Shown piece by piece: positions 63,958 to 64,000 of a stretch of DNA of 64,000 bases; position 1 is the stretch's first letter, and each line of letters starts with the position of its first letter. The notes below the pieces were generated by a model. It was not told the origin of the DNA and made no database searches. It was given only the letters and a program-made list of their open reading frames with translations. The stretch spans positions 128,001 to 192,000 of the forward strand of contig JANNXA010000034.1 of NCBI GenBank assembly GCA_031409275.1, in the 5' to 3' direction. The stretch comes from Planctomycetota bacterium. GTDB lineage: Bacteria > Planctomycetota > B15-G4 > SIAN01. The position numbers were made by a program, and so were the translations under genes.

Positions 63958-64000
63958 TCCAGGGCCGAACGAGCCAGCGATGGACTTCGCGCAAGACTCC

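Noticed and set aside
63980..64000. Start of a further ORF after DUF883 (ATGGACTTC...)
   Set aside because: Only 7 codons are visible, so no call can be supported.

Overview
This is a very GC-rich bacterial window, probably Planctomycetota. That assignment is inferred from gene families: carboxypeptidase-regulatory-like repeat proteins, an ECF/anti-sigma pair, an FG-GAP protein and a redoxin-cytochrome c-monooxygenase fusion. From 1 to 41.5 kb it carries core, envelope and redox genes: a partial dGTPase, a methyltransferase, a hydrolase, HIT, an ECF operon, four CarboxypepD_reg-like proteins, Lrp/EamA, a 1766-aa DUF748 protein, two PilT ATPases (one with an MshEN-like N-terminus), fasciclin, a CarH-like regulator, an amidohydrolase and a multiheme cytochrome. 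The main finding is at 31067-33172. Two ORFs that the track splits are one reading frame interrupted by an in-frame UGA exactly at the peroxidatic Cys position (FYPKDFTPG-U-TKE), followed by a SECIS-like hairpin. This predicts a selenocysteine BCP/PrxQ peroxiredoxin fused to an M28 metallopeptidase. From 42.3 to 44.2 kb an IS1380 element and a 160-bp hairpin MITE sit in tandem at CTAG sites. From 44.5 to 64 kb lies a general-stress-type island: CheB-CheR fusion, hybrid kinase, PRC-barrels, a pseudo-kinase, a sigma54 activator, AI-2E, a C39 peptidase with a double-Gly partner, DUF3185 and DUF883. Eight canonical and one variant sigma54 -24/-12 promoters sit in front of its transcription units. 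No rRNA, tRNA or CRISPR array was seen. All family assignments come from motif recognition by eye, not from database searches.
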